Assembly (NCBI GenBank): GCA_963695345.1
Contig: OY968769.1
Coordinates: 1,632,001-1,696,000 of the forward strand
DNA length: 64,000 nucleotides
Reading direction: 5' to 3'
Origin: an uncultured Methanomassiliicoccales archaeon
GTDB lineage: Archaea > Thermoplasmatota > Thermoplasmata > Methanomassiliicoccales > UBA472
Shown: positions 1 through 11,639 of the stretch, piece after piece
Numbering within the stretch: the first letter of the stretch is position 1
How the letters are laid out: each line of letters opens with the position of its first letter
Translations under genes and position numbers: made by a program
The notes under the pieces: model-generated
What the model was told of the DNA's origin: nothing
Database searches by the model: none
The model's input: the letters and a program-made list of their open reading frames with translations, nothing else

Positions 1-161
1 CCAAGTACCAGCAGGTCATATTCATCGATGTTCAGCAGTTTCCTCTTCCTCAGATCGATGACTGTGACCGAGGCTCCCTCCTTCCTCAGCACCATGGCTA
101 TCTCCTCTGCGACCCTCTCGGTCGACCCATACCTAGTTCCGAACGCCACCAGTGCTTTCAT
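1..161 (-). CDS. Flavodoxin-domain protein (HemG-like), N-terminal part; runs off the window start
   Basis: Manual translation from ATG at 161: MKALVAFGTRYGSTERVAEEIAMVLRKEGASVTVIDL...EYDLLVLG, a flavodoxin FMN-binding loop (TRYGST). Not in the ORF track. Confidence 0.8.
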   Translation of the reverse strand, partial: MKALVAFGTRYGSTERVAEEIAMVLRKEGASVTVIDLRKRKLLNIDEYDLLVL

Positions 162-660
162 GCTTCCTCACCTCGGCCGGGAAGTCCGTCCTGTTCGCGA
201 TCAGGTAAGCGATGAACATGACTGGGAGTATCATGCCCATAATTGCCGTGATCTGTACCTCGGCTATGCCCCAGATGTCGAACACGATGGTCACCAGGCT
301 TAATGCGATGGTGCCCGAATATCCCCATCTGGTCCCCCTGAACAGCCCGTATGCGGCAACGAGGCCGGCAATCCCGATGAGCACGAACATGACCAATATG
401 AACGCCTGTACGTCCGTCGAAATGGCCTTCTCGGTGGGGGCAAAGCCAGATTGTAGTATCCATGCCGGGAATGCGAATCGGAGAACGCTCTGGATCAGGG
501 CAAGGACGCAGATTGCTATCACGCCTTTTCTTTTTCTGTTTGTGGGTTTCAAGATCTCACCTTGAACAACACAATACTTCCGAGGGTCATCCTCTCTCGT
601 CAAAACGGAATGGTAATATTCTGCATCCCTTACGGTCCAGATAGGACGTTCATCAACCAT
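133..660 (-). CDS. Small integral membrane protein (about 4 TM), unknown function; true start probably internal
   Basis: Four hydrophobic segments; 3' end overlaps the flavodoxin start. Confidence 0.6.
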   Translation of the reverse strand: MVDERPIWTVRDAEYYHSVLTREDDPRKYCVVQGEILKPTNRKRKGVIAICVLALIQSVLRFAFPAWILQSGFAPTEKAISTDVQAFILVMFVLIGIAGLVAAYGLFRGTRWGYSGTIALSLVTIVFDIWGIAEVQITAIMGMILPVMFIAYLIANRTDFPAEVRKHESTGGVRN

Positions 661-684
661 CTATGGTAAATTTCGGCACCCCTC

Positions 685-1609
685 TCATTGGCCAGGACGA
701 TCAGGGATGGCAGATCCCTTTAGCATCGTGTCGAGGTTGGCATGCCGGTGCTCATCATAGTAGTGGATGTCCCGGAGGATGTTCGGGACCACCGAATGGA
801 AGAATCCCTCGCCCTCGAGTTCTCGGCAGGTCCTCTGCATATCCTTCACGTCCTTGGTCCACAGCATCACGATCAGCTGGTTCGGCAGATTGCTGAACGA
901 ATAGGTCCTAATGACTCCGGCCGACAGCTTCTTGATGAGCAGGAACGCCACCTTTTCCCGTTCCATTTCTTCTTTGATGTTCAGGTGGATGTTCGTGACC
1001 GTGTCACCCTGGGAGTCCGGCCTCCAGTGAATTGAGAACTGCACCAGGCCCTCCTCCACCAATCTATCCAGTTTCCTCTTTGCCGTCTTGACCGAAACGC
1101 CTACCTCGTCAGCGATGTCGGTGATCGGTCTCCGCGAATCATTCTGCAGTGATTTGACCAAGCGCAAATCCAACCTAGTCAGAGAATCCTTGGGGGATGA
1201 AGGAGGGGACGGCAGGATACCTACCTGGGCATCACTTATCTGGGCCAAACGTTGGACTTTGGTGACGAACGATGCCATGTCATTGACATCCCGCACACCG
1301 CCATGCACATAAACGTAGTTACCGCTGGCCACGAAGAACACGGCGACATCGCTTTCCCGTTCCAGGGCGGTGGCCACAACGTCCATCGACTGGGCCTCTG
1401 GACCATCCGAATATCACCACCCACATCCGGCCTTGGGCCTTGAGGGTCAGAAAGGCGCCTGTTCCGGTGATTATCTCAGCATCGATAAGCCCCTGTACCC
1501 TCCGGTGTACCGCCTGCGGTGACAGCTCCAGGGCTTTCCCCAGTTCGGAGTAGGAATGGCGAGAGTTCATGAGGAGGTTGCGGCAGAGGGCCAGGTCCGT
1601 CTCGTCCAT
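685..1609 (-). CDS. Tandem (double) Lrp/AsnC-family transcriptional regulator, frameshifted near 1390
   Basis: ORFs 1319-1609 (DETDLAL...NSRHSYSELGKALELS HTH) and 685-1386 (second HTH LDLRLVKSLQNDSRRPITDIADEVGVS) join into one gene. Confidence 0.8.
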
Positions 1610-1678
1610 GTCTCTTCAATCGTTATGGACGTCTTAAGCGTTGCGACCGGCGGATGACCATGATCAGGCCTTGCGAGT

Positions 1679-2863
1679 TCATATGGAGAGGAATGATTTC
1701 GGGGCCAGACTGGTCGCCAGCATCACCATGTTGATGTCCCGGTGTTCTGACCAGGTGGTCGAATTCTGGTTCCGTGGGATTGTCCAGAACTTTTCGATCT
1801 CCGCACCAATGGGAATGAACCTCTCTAGGTCCCTTATCTTATTGTCGATTTCCGCCGAGATCGGCCTCTTTGCCGTTCGCGCAAATAACTCCTTCGTATC
1901 CTGCAAACCCTTCAGGCCGATCGATAGCCCGAGCTCTCGGAAGGCCAGTCTGCTCTCCGCATCCAGTTCCAGATCCCTTCCGAGCGCGAAGAAACCGACG
2001 CTGATCAGGGCGGCATCGATGATCGCTTCGAACAAACCTTCTTTCATCTTTCCGCCCAATGCTTTGACCTGCCAGATCCGGGACGCGTCGACCAGGAGCC
2101 CGCCCATGCCGAGGGGATCATCCGTCGTCATTCCGTCCAGGCCGATCATCTTCCCGATATCATCTATCTCCGTTTCCAGATCAGTTCCTTCCACTCTATC
2201 AATGGAGGCGGTCACCTGAAGCTCGTTGTATGTCACATATCCATCGAGAGGGTCATGCTGGCCCATGGACGCGACCAGCGGACGGCTCAGATCGATGCTC
2301 ATCTTCCAATACATCCTCTTTCTGCCGCCCGAGGCTGCTACATAACGGAATGATGAATCGGCCTTCTTCGCCAGCTCCAGCGCCCACTTAGAGTATCTCG
2401 GATCCGAGGTCACCCGACCAACCCTGTTGAGGGCATGCATCCATTTCGTCAAGTAGTGATAGTACTGGCCATCCTGCTCCCATTCCATATACTGATCGAT
2501 AGGCTCCTTGGCCTTACGTTCCGGTAACCTCTTCCCGATCCGGAGGCCGCCGGCGGTCGGATGCAGCGCCCCTTCCTCTTCGCTCAGCCCACTTATCCAT
2601 CCCTTCCTGTCATCATCGACCCGATGATGTCCGAGCACGTAATGGACCTGATCGACCAAACGGATGGCCAGGTCTAGATAGGTTCGGTCCTGGGTTGACC
2701 GAAAGAGCTCCAAGAAATCGCAAACGGCGAAAGCGTCGGTCCAGAGATAACGAGTGGGGCGGGACGAAACCGGTTCCAGGCCGGTTGAGCGGGCGAATTC
2801 GTTCATGATTCTTTTCACATACTCAATGGTCTGCGTCTCGTCCATAGGTTTCCCTTCGTTCAT
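1679..2863 (-). CDS. Conserved hypothetical protein, probable alpha/alpha-toroid (glycosidase-like) fold
   Basis: 394-aa ORF with motif-like blocks RYLWTDAF, GGLRIGK, DGQYYHYLTKWMHAL, RMYWKMSIDLSRPL; fold is inferred. Confidence 0.65.
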   Translation of the reverse strand: MNEGKPMDETQTIEYVKRIMNEFARSTGLEPVSSRPTRYLWTDAFAVCDFLELFRSTQDRTYLDLAIRLVDQVHYVLGHHRVDDDRKGWISGLSEEEGALHPTAGGLRIGKRLPERKAKEPIDQYMEWEQDGQYYHYLTKWMHALNRVGRVTSDPRYSKWALELAKKADSSFRYVAASGGRKRMYWKMSIDLSRPLVASMGQHDPLDGYVTYNELQVTASIDRVEGTDLETEIDDIGKMIGLDGMTTDDPLGMGGLLVDASRIWQVKALGGKMKEGLFEAIIDAALISVGFFALGRDLELDAESRLAFRELGLSIGLKGLQDTKELFARTAKRPISAEIDNKIRDLERFIPIGAEIEKFWTIPRNQNSTTWSEHRDINMVMLATSLAPKSFLSI

Positions 2864-3307
2864 TGAATATCTTCCGTTTCTTCCGTCTTGTCCAATCCAT
2901 TGGAATAAAGATCCTCACCAATGGCATCGACGAATATCGAGATTCAAGGTCGGGCACAATCTCTTGGCTGCTCATTGGATTAATAACATTTCATCGACCG
3001 GTTACTTTGGATTCCTTCTTCTGGAATGGCTGAAATCCCAAGAATAGTGAACGTCGAATGCCTTCTCTTCACATAGGTATTTAGGCAATTGATTCGCATT
3101 CTTCCAGAGGGATCGTTATGGTCGATCTTGATCAAGGGCATGGAATGCATCCGCCCCAGAATATTGCTGACGCTCTCAGTATGTTATTTCTTCCAGAAAA
3201 TGTGGATAGTTATTCATTTGTCTCCAAATTCAGTAATACGAATAACTTATGTAGTTCAATTCATCTTCTAGACAGACAAATGGCTAGTTCAGCCATTATG
3301 CCTTGGG

Positions 3308-5503
3308 ATGGAGGCATGGACCGTGGATACGCAATCTGGCCCTCGAGATGAGGAAAGGGCGATAAGAACAGGCGGGGAAAGCAATCGGTCTGAAAGGAAG
3401 GAGAAGCGTAAGAAGACAATAGGGAAAGAGGAAAGGAAACAGATAATCAGATCAGCCATCTGGCAATCTTTCTTGAAACTCGACCCCCGGCATACTGTCA
3501 AGAACCCGGTCATGTTCGTTGTCGAGATCGGCAGCGCGATCACCTCCATTCTGTTCATCCAGGCATTGTTCGGCGATGGGGATGCGTCGGCTGCATTTAT
3601 CGGTCTGATCTCCATATGGCTCTGGTTCACGGTCATTTTCGCTAATTATTCCGAGGCCCTGGCAGAGGGCAGGGGCAAGGCTCAGGCCGAAGCCCTCAGG
3701 AATATGCGAACAACCACGACTGCCAAGAAGATAAATGCCAAATATTCGGTGACCAAAGGACAGAAACCCGCGGAGAACGAGTTCACCCAAAGTCCTTCTG
3801 GCGACCTTCGAAAAGGCGACCTGTTCCTCGTGTCCGCCGGAGATACCATTCCCATCGATGGCGAGATCCTGGAAGGGGTTGCCTCTATAGATGAGAGTGC
3901 GATAACCGGGGAAAGTGCGCCTGTGATACGCGAATCCGGGGGCGATAGAAGTTCAGTGACAGGAGGGACCCGGGTCCTTTCCGACTGGCTTGTGGTAAGG
4001 TCATCAGCCGACCCGGGGGAAGGATTCATCGACAAGATGATATCGCTGATCGAAGGGGCAAAGAGGCAGAAGACTCCCAATGAGATCGCCTTGAACACGT
4101 TGCTCATGGGCCTCACCGTCATTTTTATCGTGGTCTGTACGACCCTCCTGCCATTCTCGATCTACAGCGTTTATGTCTCGGGACAGGGCAGTCCCATATC
4201 GCTGACGGTCCTGATCGCATTGCTGGTCTGCCTGGCACCGACCACCATCGGAGGGCTTCTGAGCGCCATCGGCATCGCTGGCATGGACCGGCTCATCAGC
4301 AAGAACGTGATAGCATCGTCTGGCCAGGCCATCGAGGCGGCGGGTGACGTGGACGTCCTGCTCCTGGACAAGACCGGTACCATCACCTACGGGAACCGGC
4401 AGGCCGTCCAGATCATTCCGGTCGAGAAAAATTCGGCGGAGCGGGTCGCTGAGCTCGCCCTCCTTGCTTCTCTGGCGGACGAAACCCCAGAAGGTCGCAG
4501 CATCGTGACACTGGTGGCCAGCCAATACGGCATCAAGGAGGAGGATGTGGCCGATACTGAAAAGAGGTCCAAAATGGAATTCATTCCATTCTCCGCTCAA
4601 ACTCGTCTGAGCGGCGTGAACATGGGCAGCATTTCAATCCGCAAGGGAGCCTCGGACGCCATCAACAATCTGGTCAGGTCGTCAGGCAATCATTTCCCCT
4701 CCCAACTGAGAGAGCAGGTGGACAAGATAGCCCGATCGGGGGGAACGCCGTTGGTGATAGCCCTTGACGCGGTCCCTGTGGGTGTGATTCATCTGAAGGA
4801 CGTGGTCAAACCGGGAATGAAGGAAAGGTTCGCCCAGCTCCGCCGCATGGGAATAAAGACCGTTATGATCACCGGGGACAACAAGCTCACCGCCGCCGCC
4901 ATTGCCGCGGAGGCGGGAGTGGACGACTATCTGGCAGAAGCCACGCCGGAGAACAAACTGAAATTGATAAGGGAGTACCAGGCGGAAGGACGTCTGGTCG
5001 CCATGACCGGGGACGGTACCAATGATGCGCCTGCGTTGGCTCAGGCCGATGTCGCGGTGGCCATGAACAGCGGCACACAGCCGGCCAGGGAGGCAGCGAA
5101 CATGATCGATCTGGACAGTGACCCGACGAAGCTGATCGAGATCGTGGAGACCGGTAAACAGCTCCTGATGACCAGGGGGGCTCTCACCACGTTCAGCATC
5201 ACCAATGACGTTGCCAAGTACTTCGCCATCGTTCCGGCGGCATTCGCAGCGACCTATCCGGCTTTGGGCGCAATGAACATCATGGGTCTTCACGCCGCTG
5301 TTCTCTCTGCCGTCATTTTCAATGCCATTATCATCGTCATGCTCATCCCGCTCGCCCTCCGCGGGGTGAGATACCGCCCGCTTACCGCCGCCGAAGCGCT
5401 CCGCAACAATCTCCTGTTGTTCGGGGTGGGGGGGCTATTGGTCCCATTCATCGGGATCAAGCTCATCGATATGGCCCTGTCCCTCCTGGGGGTGGGGGCA
5501 TGA
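3308..5503 (+). CDS. kdpB: Potassium-transporting ATPase subunit KdpB
   Basis: [35 protein letters not shown] phosphorylation site, [17 protein letters not shown]. Confidence 0.97.
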   Translation: MEAWTVDTQSGPRDEERAIRTGGESNRSERKEKRKKTIGKEERKQIIRSAIWQSFLKLDPRHTVKNPVMFVVEIGSAITSILFIQALFGDGDASAAFIGLISIWLWFTVIFANYSEALAEGRGKAQAEALRNMRTTTTAKKINAKYSVTKGQKPAENEFTQSPSGDLRKGDLFLVSAGDTIPIDGEILEGVASIDESAITGESAPVIRESGGDRSSVTGGTRVLSDWLVVRSSADPGEGFIDKMISLIEGAKRQKTPNEIALNTLLMGLTVIFIVVCTTLLPFSIYSVYVSGQGSPISLTVLIALLVCLAPTTIGGLLSAIGIAGMDRLISKNVIASSGQAIEAAGDVDVLLLDKTGTITYGNRQAVQIIPVEKNSAERVAELALLASLADETPEGRSIVTLVASQYGIKEEDVADTEKRSKMEFIPFSAQTRLSGVNMGSISIRKGASDAINNLVRSSGNHFPSQLREQVDKIARSGGTPLVIALDAVPVGVIHLKDVVKPGMKERFAQLRRMGIKTVMITGDNKLTAAAIAAEAGVDDYLAEATPENKLKLIREYQAEGRLVAMTGDGTNDAPALAQADVAVAMNSGTQPAREAANMIDLDSDPTKLIEIVETGKQLLMTRGALTTFSITNDVAKYFAIVPAAFAATYPALGAMNIMGLHAAVLSAVIFNAIIIVMLIPLALRGVRYRPLTAAEALRNNLLLFGVGGLLVPFIGIKLIDMALSLLGVGA

Positions 5504-7957
5504 AGGAAGAGGGAAAATCGATGTTGAACAAGGCGTTCTACACCAGCAGGTCACGCTCCTTCCTGGGGATGATGAGGAAGCAGGTCAGACCAGCGGTGAT
5601 GATATTCGTCATGCTCATGCTGGTGATCGGAGTTGCTTACCCCCTTGCGGTCACTGGAATCGCCCAATTGGTATTCCCCCATCAGGCCAATGGAAGTCAG
5701 ATAGCGCAGAATGGAACGGTCGTCGGTTCGGAACTCATAGGCCAACCGTTCAACGACAGCATCTACTTCTGGGGAAGGCTGTCGGCCACCCCCGGGTATC
5801 CTTACAACGCCAGCCTTTCCAGCGGTACTAACTTCGGACCGAACAATCCTTCATTGCTCGGATATGGTGCAGGCCCGGTTAGAGGCGTTGCGTCTGGCTG
5901 ACCCGAACAATACCCTCCCGATTCCCTCCGACCTGGTCACCGCTTCGGGAAGCGGCCTGGACCCGGACATTAGCGTGGCCAGTGCTTTGTACCAACTGCA
6001 TAGGGTCGCTCTCGCCAGGAATATGAACGAAAGCATCGTGAGGGGCCTCATTGACTCCAATACCAAGGACAGGCAGTTCGGTCTTCTCGGGGAGAAAACG
6101 GTCAACGTGGTGGGCCTGAACCTGGCCCTTGATGGCGTTCAAGAAAAAGGTCAAGGAGGGACATTCGACCCGGCGACTGTGGCGGCCGGCACATCGCTGT
6201 CCGACGATCGCGTCCTCGGGCTCTCCCCGCTCAGTTGGGCCTTCATTGCGGCGTTCGTCATCCTCCTTGGGGTCCTCACCTCTCTCGCAAGCAGGCTGCT
6301 GACCGCGGTGTTCGAGGAACGACCGGGTCTGGTCTCCAGAACGATCGCTCGGGCGGAATCCTTCCTTTACCGACCGGCAAGGCTGGACAAGCACGGCATG
6401 GACTGGAAAGAGTATGCCCTGGCGATGCTGACCTTCAACGCCATTGGCTTTCTCTTCCTTTTCGCGGTGATCCTTACCCAGCAGTTCTTGCCGTTCAATC
6501 CGCAGAACCTGGGGGCGGTCTCTCCGGACCTGGCGTTCAACACGGCGGTCAGTTTCGTGACCAATACGAACTGGCAGTCATACGGGGGCGAGACGACCAT
6601 GAGCTACTTCACCCAGATGGTCGGTTTGACAGTGCAGAACTTCCTTTCTGCGGCAACCGGTCTCGCCGTTCTGATCGCCTTTATCAGAGGCATTCGTGGA
6701 AGGACCGTCAAGGAGCTCGGCAACTTCTGGGTGGACATGTCCAGGGCGACATTGGTCCTGCTGTTCCTGTCCTTCATCCTGGCATTGCTATTGGTCTCCC
6801 AGGGGGTCCCGCAGACCCTGGACGGGCCGATCGTCGGGCAACTGGTCCAGCCATTTACTGATATTAATGGGGAGGTCGTCACCACCCAGTTGATCCCGGT
6901 CGGACCGGTCGCTTCCCAGGAAGCGATCAAGATGCTCGGGACCAACGGAGGCGGGTTCTTCAATACCAATTCAGCACATCCTTTCGAGAACCCCACGCCA
7001 TTCTCCAACCTGCTGGAGAACTTGGCATTGCTAATGATCCCTCTCGGAGTATGCCTGGTCTTCGGGAACATGGTCAAGGACCGGAGACAGGGGCTGGCAG
7101 TCCTTACGGCCATGGTCTTGATCTTTACCGTTTTCCTCGGTCTTGCGATATGGGCAGAACAGGCCGGCAATCCAGAATTGACCAGGCTTGGAGTGTCGCA
7201 GATAACGACAGACCTGCAGCCAGGAGGCAATATGGAGGGAAAGGAGGCAAGGTTCGGGGTGATACCATCGTGTCTATTCGCCATCTCCACCACGGCGACG
7301 TCATGCGGGGCGGTCAATTCGATGCACGATTCCTTCACGTCGCTTGGCGGCATGGCACCGCTTTTCATGATACAATTCGGGGAAGTGGTGTTCGGCGGTG
7401 TAGGGTCTGGCTTGTATGGGATGCTGATCTTCGTGATCATCGCGGTGTTCGTGGCCGGCCTCATGATCGGCCGCATGCCCGACTATCTGGGGAAGAAGAT
7501 CGGCCCCTATGAGATGAAATTGTGCACCATCATCATACTGATACCCGTGGTGACGATCCTGACCGGTGTGGCGATCGCCGTCATGATCCCTGAGGGAAGG
7601 TCAGCGGCATACAATCCCGGACCTCACGGTTTCACCGAAATACTGTATGCCTTCAGCTCGGCGGCGAACAACAATGGCAGCGCATTCGCCGGGTTGGGGG
7701 CCAATTCGCTGTTCTACAATGTCGCGTTGGCGATGGCAATGATCATCGGCCGATTCCCGGTGGCGGTCCTGACCTTGGCATTGGCCGGTTCGCTCGGATC
7801 GAAAAAGATCGTTCCGGTGAGTCCCGGGACCCTTCCCACCCATACTCCTTTGTTCATTTCATGGCTCATCGGAGTGGTGGTCCTGATAGGGGCACTGAGC
7901 TTCTTCCTTACCCTGGTGCTCGGACCGATCGTCGAGTTCCTTATCTGGGGGGGATGA
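5500..7957 (+). CDS. kdpC-kdpA: KdpC-KdpA apparent fusion (one frameshift at about 5861 inside the KdpC part)
   Basis: 5500-5860 is KdpC N-half ([32 protein letters not shown]). ORF 5864-7957 starts with the KdpC C-half ([13 protein letters not shown]...[11 protein letters not shown]) and continues in frame into KdpA ([28 protein letters not shown]). Confidence 0.85.
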
Positions 7958-7960
7958 GTC

Positions 7961-9955
7961 ATGCAAAAGGACAGAGGAAGGCCAGATCCAGACGAACTGC
8001 TCAGGCAGGTGGAGGCGGAAGAGCAGAAAAGGTCGAGGGGCAAGATGAAGGTCTTTCTTGGTTACTCCGCCGGTGTGGGAAAGACGTATACGATGCTAGA
8101 GGAGGCTCGGCATCAGAAGGAGGCGGGCATCGATGTGGTTGTCGCATGTGTCGAATCCCACGGAAGGAAAGAGACCGAGGAACTGCTTGTCGGTCTTGAT
8201 TCCGTACCCTTGAGGGAGATCAAATACCACGGCATCCAGATCCGGGAATTCGATCTGGACGCCGTGCTGGCCCGTCATCCTCAGCTCGTGCTTGTTGATG
8301 AGCTGGCCCACACCAACGCCCCTGGTTCCAGGCATGCAAAGCGTCATCAGGACGTGCAGGAACTTCTTGATGCCGGAATAGACGTCTTCACAACGCTGAA
8401 CATTCAGCACCTGGAAAGCCTGAATGATGCAGTGGAAAGGATATCCGGTATACTGGTCAAGGAGACGATCCCTGACTCGGTACTTGACGAGGCCAACGAG
8501 ATCAAGATCGTGGACCTTCCCCCAAAGGAATTGATCCAGCGGTTCAAGGAGGGAAAGGTCTACGTGCCCGAACAGGTGGCCGTGGCTCTTGACAATTTCT
8601 TCAATGAAGGAAACCTGATCGCGCTACGGGAGATGACCCTGCGACGCGCGGCAGAGCATGTCGACGAAGAGATGCTGGCCTATATGCAGACCCGTTCGAT
8701 CCCCGGTCCCTGGCCGGTGGGGGAGAGGCTGTTGGTCTGCATCGGCAACAACAAGACCCTCAATGACCGCGTGGTACGCACCGGAAAACGGTTGGCCGAC
8801 GAGCTCAGGGCGGATTGGATCGCCATTTACGTGGAAACCCCGGCGCATAACCGTTTGTCCAGGAAGGCCAGGCACGAGGCGCTGAGAGGAATGGAGCTCG
8901 CCGCGTCCCTGGGGGCCAAGACGGTTACCAACTTCGGCATCTCGATATCCGATGAGGTCGTTAGATATGCACGGAAGAACAACGTCACGAGGATAATCGT
9001 AGGGCATCCAGTCCGTGCCCGCTGGAGGGAGCAGCTCTTTGGTTCGGTCGCTGACCAGATAGTCAGGATGAGCGGCGCGATCGACCTTCTGGTGATAGGC
9101 GAACTGAAACCATATTCGGGCGATCATGATGAGGACAGGGGTCCGCGGAAACCGATTCAGATACGCAAGCCCTACCTGTATAGCGTTTGGCTTGTTCTCC
9201 TGGTCTCCATTTTTTGTACCCTCATCAGGACATTCATCTCCCCCACGAACGTGGTCATGTTCTTCCTTATCGGTGTGGTGATAGCGGCCATTACCTGGGG
9301 CTTGAAGCCTGCAATATTCACCGCTGCCATGAGCGTGTTGGCTTTCGATTTCTTCTTCGTCCCCCCCGCTTTGACACTTCGGGTGACAGATTCCGAGTAT
9401 CTGATCACTTTCGGAGCGTTCCTTTTCGTCGGAGTGGTCATCAGCTTCCTGGTGGTTCGTGCCAGGGATTTCGCCATGGCCGCCAAGAGAAGGGAGGAGT
9501 ATACGTCGACCTTGTACGCCTTAAGTCTGGACCTGTCCTCCTCAAGGGAGGTAAGTGACATAATGGAGGTGGTCGCATCCCACGTGTCCAGAGCCTGTCA
9601 TTGCAAGTCCGCTTTCCTGGTCCCAAGCAACGGAATACTCAGCATCGCCTATGTCAGCGAAGGTCTGAACCTGGACGAGAAGGACCTGACTGCGGCCGAA
9701 TGGACCTTCAAGGCTGGGATGCCCGCCGGTAAGGACACTGACACCTTGTCCTCAGCTCTTCTAAGGTACTATCCCCTAAGGACCGTCAACGGTGTCATCG
9801 GTGTGATGGGCGTACTGTCCGATTCTCACGAAGACTTTGTGAAGATGGAACAGGAGAGGCTGCTGCAATCATTCGCCAGTCAGGCAGCGATCGCTCTGGA
9901 GAGGGGGCAGCTCTGGGACCAGGTCTGCAAAGCAAAAAAGGCCGATGAGAGGTGA
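7961..9955 (+). CDS. kdpD: KdpD-like sensor (KdpD N-domain + USP + 4TM + GAF) lacking the histidine-kinase domains
   Basis: GYSAGVGKTYTML, LVDELAHTN, NIQHLESLND, USP domain, TM region, GAF ending FASQAAIALER then stop 14 codons later. Confidence 0.9.
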   Translation: MQKDRGRPDPDELLRQVEAEEQKRSRGKMKVFLGYSAGVGKTYTMLEEARHQKEAGIDVVVACVESHGRKETEELLVGLDSVPLREIKYHGIQIREFDLDAVLARHPQLVLVDELAHTNAPGSRHAKRHQDVQELLDAGIDVFTTLNIQHLESLNDAVERISGILVKETIPDSVLDEANEIKIVDLPPKELIQRFKEGKVYVPEQVAVALDNFFNEGNLIALREMTLRRAAEHVDEEMLAYMQTRSIPGPWPVGERLLVCIGNNKTLNDRVVRTGKRLADELRADWIAIYVETPAHNRLSRKARHEALRGMELAASLGAKTVTNFGISISDEVVRYARKNNVTRIIVGHPVRARWREQLFGSVADQIVRMSGAIDLLVIGELKPYSGDHDEDRGPRKPIQIRKPYLYSVWLVLLVSIFCTLIRTFISPTNVVMFFLIGVVIAAITWGLKPAIFTAAMSVLAFDFFFVPPALTLRVTDSEYLITFGAFLFVGVVISFLVVRARDFAMAAKRREEYTSTLYALSLDLSSSREVSDIMEVVASHVSRACHCKSAFLVPSNGILSIAYVSEGLNLDEKDLTAAEWTFKAGMPAGKDTDTLSSALLRYYPLRTVNGVIGVMGVLSDSHEDFVKMEQERLLQSFASQAAIALERGQLWDQVCKAKKADER

Positions 9956-10001
9956 AATCGATCACCAAGGTCCAAGGCCTGAGCGGTCGCCGATGCTCGT
10001 T

Positions 10002-10361
10002 TCAGAACGGCGACTTGATCCCGCAGACGTTATGCTTGAGGATGCCGATCGCTTGCTCGGCAAGCTTCGTTGGCAGCCTGATGGAGTCCATCGTTTCTCC
10101 CGCGTCCTTGATCCTGAGCCGGATTATCGATCTCAAGAATCCCTTTTCCATGCCCACCCCTGTTATGTCTGGATAACTGTAGACGGTGATATCGGTCTGG
10201 GATGCCTGTGGATTATGGCGTCGTAGGATGACCTTCTCGCTCGTTAACGCCACTGTATCAATCGTGATATCTGGATAGTTGTCTCCATTGACATATAGTT
10301 CGATCCTTTCCTCAAGCCCAATCAGTTTCTGCATATCGCTCGGCACATCCATCGTGATCAA
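10002..10361 (-). CDS. Bacterial/archaeal PH-domain protein
   Basis: 119 aa; pattern ALTSEKVIL...YSYPDITGVGMEKGFLRSIIRL typical of bPH domains. Confidence 0.6.
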   Translation of the reverse strand: MITMDVPSDMQKLIGLEERIELYVNGDNYPDITIDTVALTSEKVILRRHNPQASQTDITVYSYPDITGVGMEKGFLRSIIRLRIKDAGETMDSIRLPTKLAEQAIGILKHNVCGIKSPF

Positions 10362-10709
10362 CTACCCAGATGTTCTATCGGATGCCACTCTACTGGCATC
10401 CAAGATTATAGTAGTTATGCAAGGGTGGAGGCTTGGAAACAGTTGACCTATCTGTTTTCTCCCCTTTCCTTTCATTGAACATCCGAGCCGATTCAGGTTG
10501 AAGCTGTGCTGCCCCTGACCGGATTGGCGATTCATCAGAGATAATCTGATACTATCAAAGACTGTAAGTCAAGAAGGACTTCAGTTCCGATCCAAAGTAA
10601 CCAATAATGAACGGTCTGGAGTGAATGGATGACAGGACTCTTGACCCATTCTATCGGTTCCATTGGACCATGGTCATGAATAAATACTCATTGATTAATA
10701 GAATAACTG

Positions 10710-11639
10710 ATGGACAAGCTCGATCGCCAAATGCTTGTGGTTTTAGGCGGCAATCCAAGAGCCACGTACAAGCAATTAGCGGAGCAACTACACATGTCGA
10801 TCCCGGCGCTACAGAGGCGCCTTATGATAATGGAGTCATCGAAACGCATCATGGGCTATCGGGCCCTTGTCAGTCTCGAAGCGATGAAAGGGATCCGTAT
10901 GATGGCGTATGGTCAAATGGCGGGGAAAGTGGATCATGATATGCTTTCCATGATAGAGGGCCAGGGGTCGATTCATACCGCTTCGATGGGGAGCATGAAC
11001 AGTATCTACCTGATGGCCCATCTGCACCAAATACTGGAACTGGACGATGTCATTCGAGTCGCCCAGGACGTCTGTAGGATAATGAATCCCCAGATAATCA
11101 TCTTCGGATGCGGGTCCGTCATATCGTCATGTCCTCCGATGATCGATGACCGGAAGAGGGGCGAAGTATCAAGCCTGTCCAGGGTGGACCTACGGATAAT
11201 CCAATCCCTTCATTATGATGCCAGAAAACCAATATCGGCCATCTCCAAAGAACTTGAACTGTCCCCGAAAACTGTCAGAAAACATCTGAACAGAATGATA
11301 TCTGACAAGTTGATCGAATTTCGCACCCTGTCGTCCATCGAGGGATTGGGGGCGCTCGATTTCTACATCGTGACAAAAATCAAGACCGCAGAATCCAGGC
11401 CTGCGATATTGAAGAAGATACGGGACGACCATCGATCCTATGTTACCTCAGAGATCGTTGTAAGCAATGCCCGAGATCTCTTGTTCCATGAGATGGAGAC
11501 ACAGTCAGTGAATGAGATGAGCAAGATCGTGGCGGATATTCAGGCTTTGCCGGATGTCGAATCGGTATCCTCGGACCTCATCCAGAAGGTCTACTATTTT
11601 GACATATGGAGAGATCATATGCTGGAGAATCTCAAATAG
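10710..11639 (+). CDS. Tandem (double) Lrp/AsnC-family transcriptional regulator
   Basis: Two HTHs: MDKLDRQML..NPRATYKQLAEQL and VDLRIIQSLHYDARKPISAISKEL. Confidence 0.85.
   Translation: MDKLDRQMLVVLGGNPRATYKQLAEQLHMSIPALQRRLMIMESSKRIMGYRALVSLEAMKGIRMMAYGQMAGKVDHDMLSMIEGQGSIHTASMGSMNSIYLMAHLHQILELDDVIRVAQDVCRIMNPQIIIFGCGSVISSCPPMIDDRKRGEVSSLSRVDLRIIQSLHYDARKPISAISKELELSPKTVRKHLNRMISDKLIEFRTLSSIEGLGALDFYIVTKIKTAESRPAILKKIRDDHRSYVTSEIVVSNARDLLFHEMETQSVNEMSKIVADIQALPDVESVSSDLIQKVYYFDIWRDHMLENLK

Noticed and set aside
2864-3307. kdpF or a c-di-AMP riboswitch upstream of kdpB
   Set aside because: No KdpF-like short hydrophobic ORF and no recognisable ydaO consensus.
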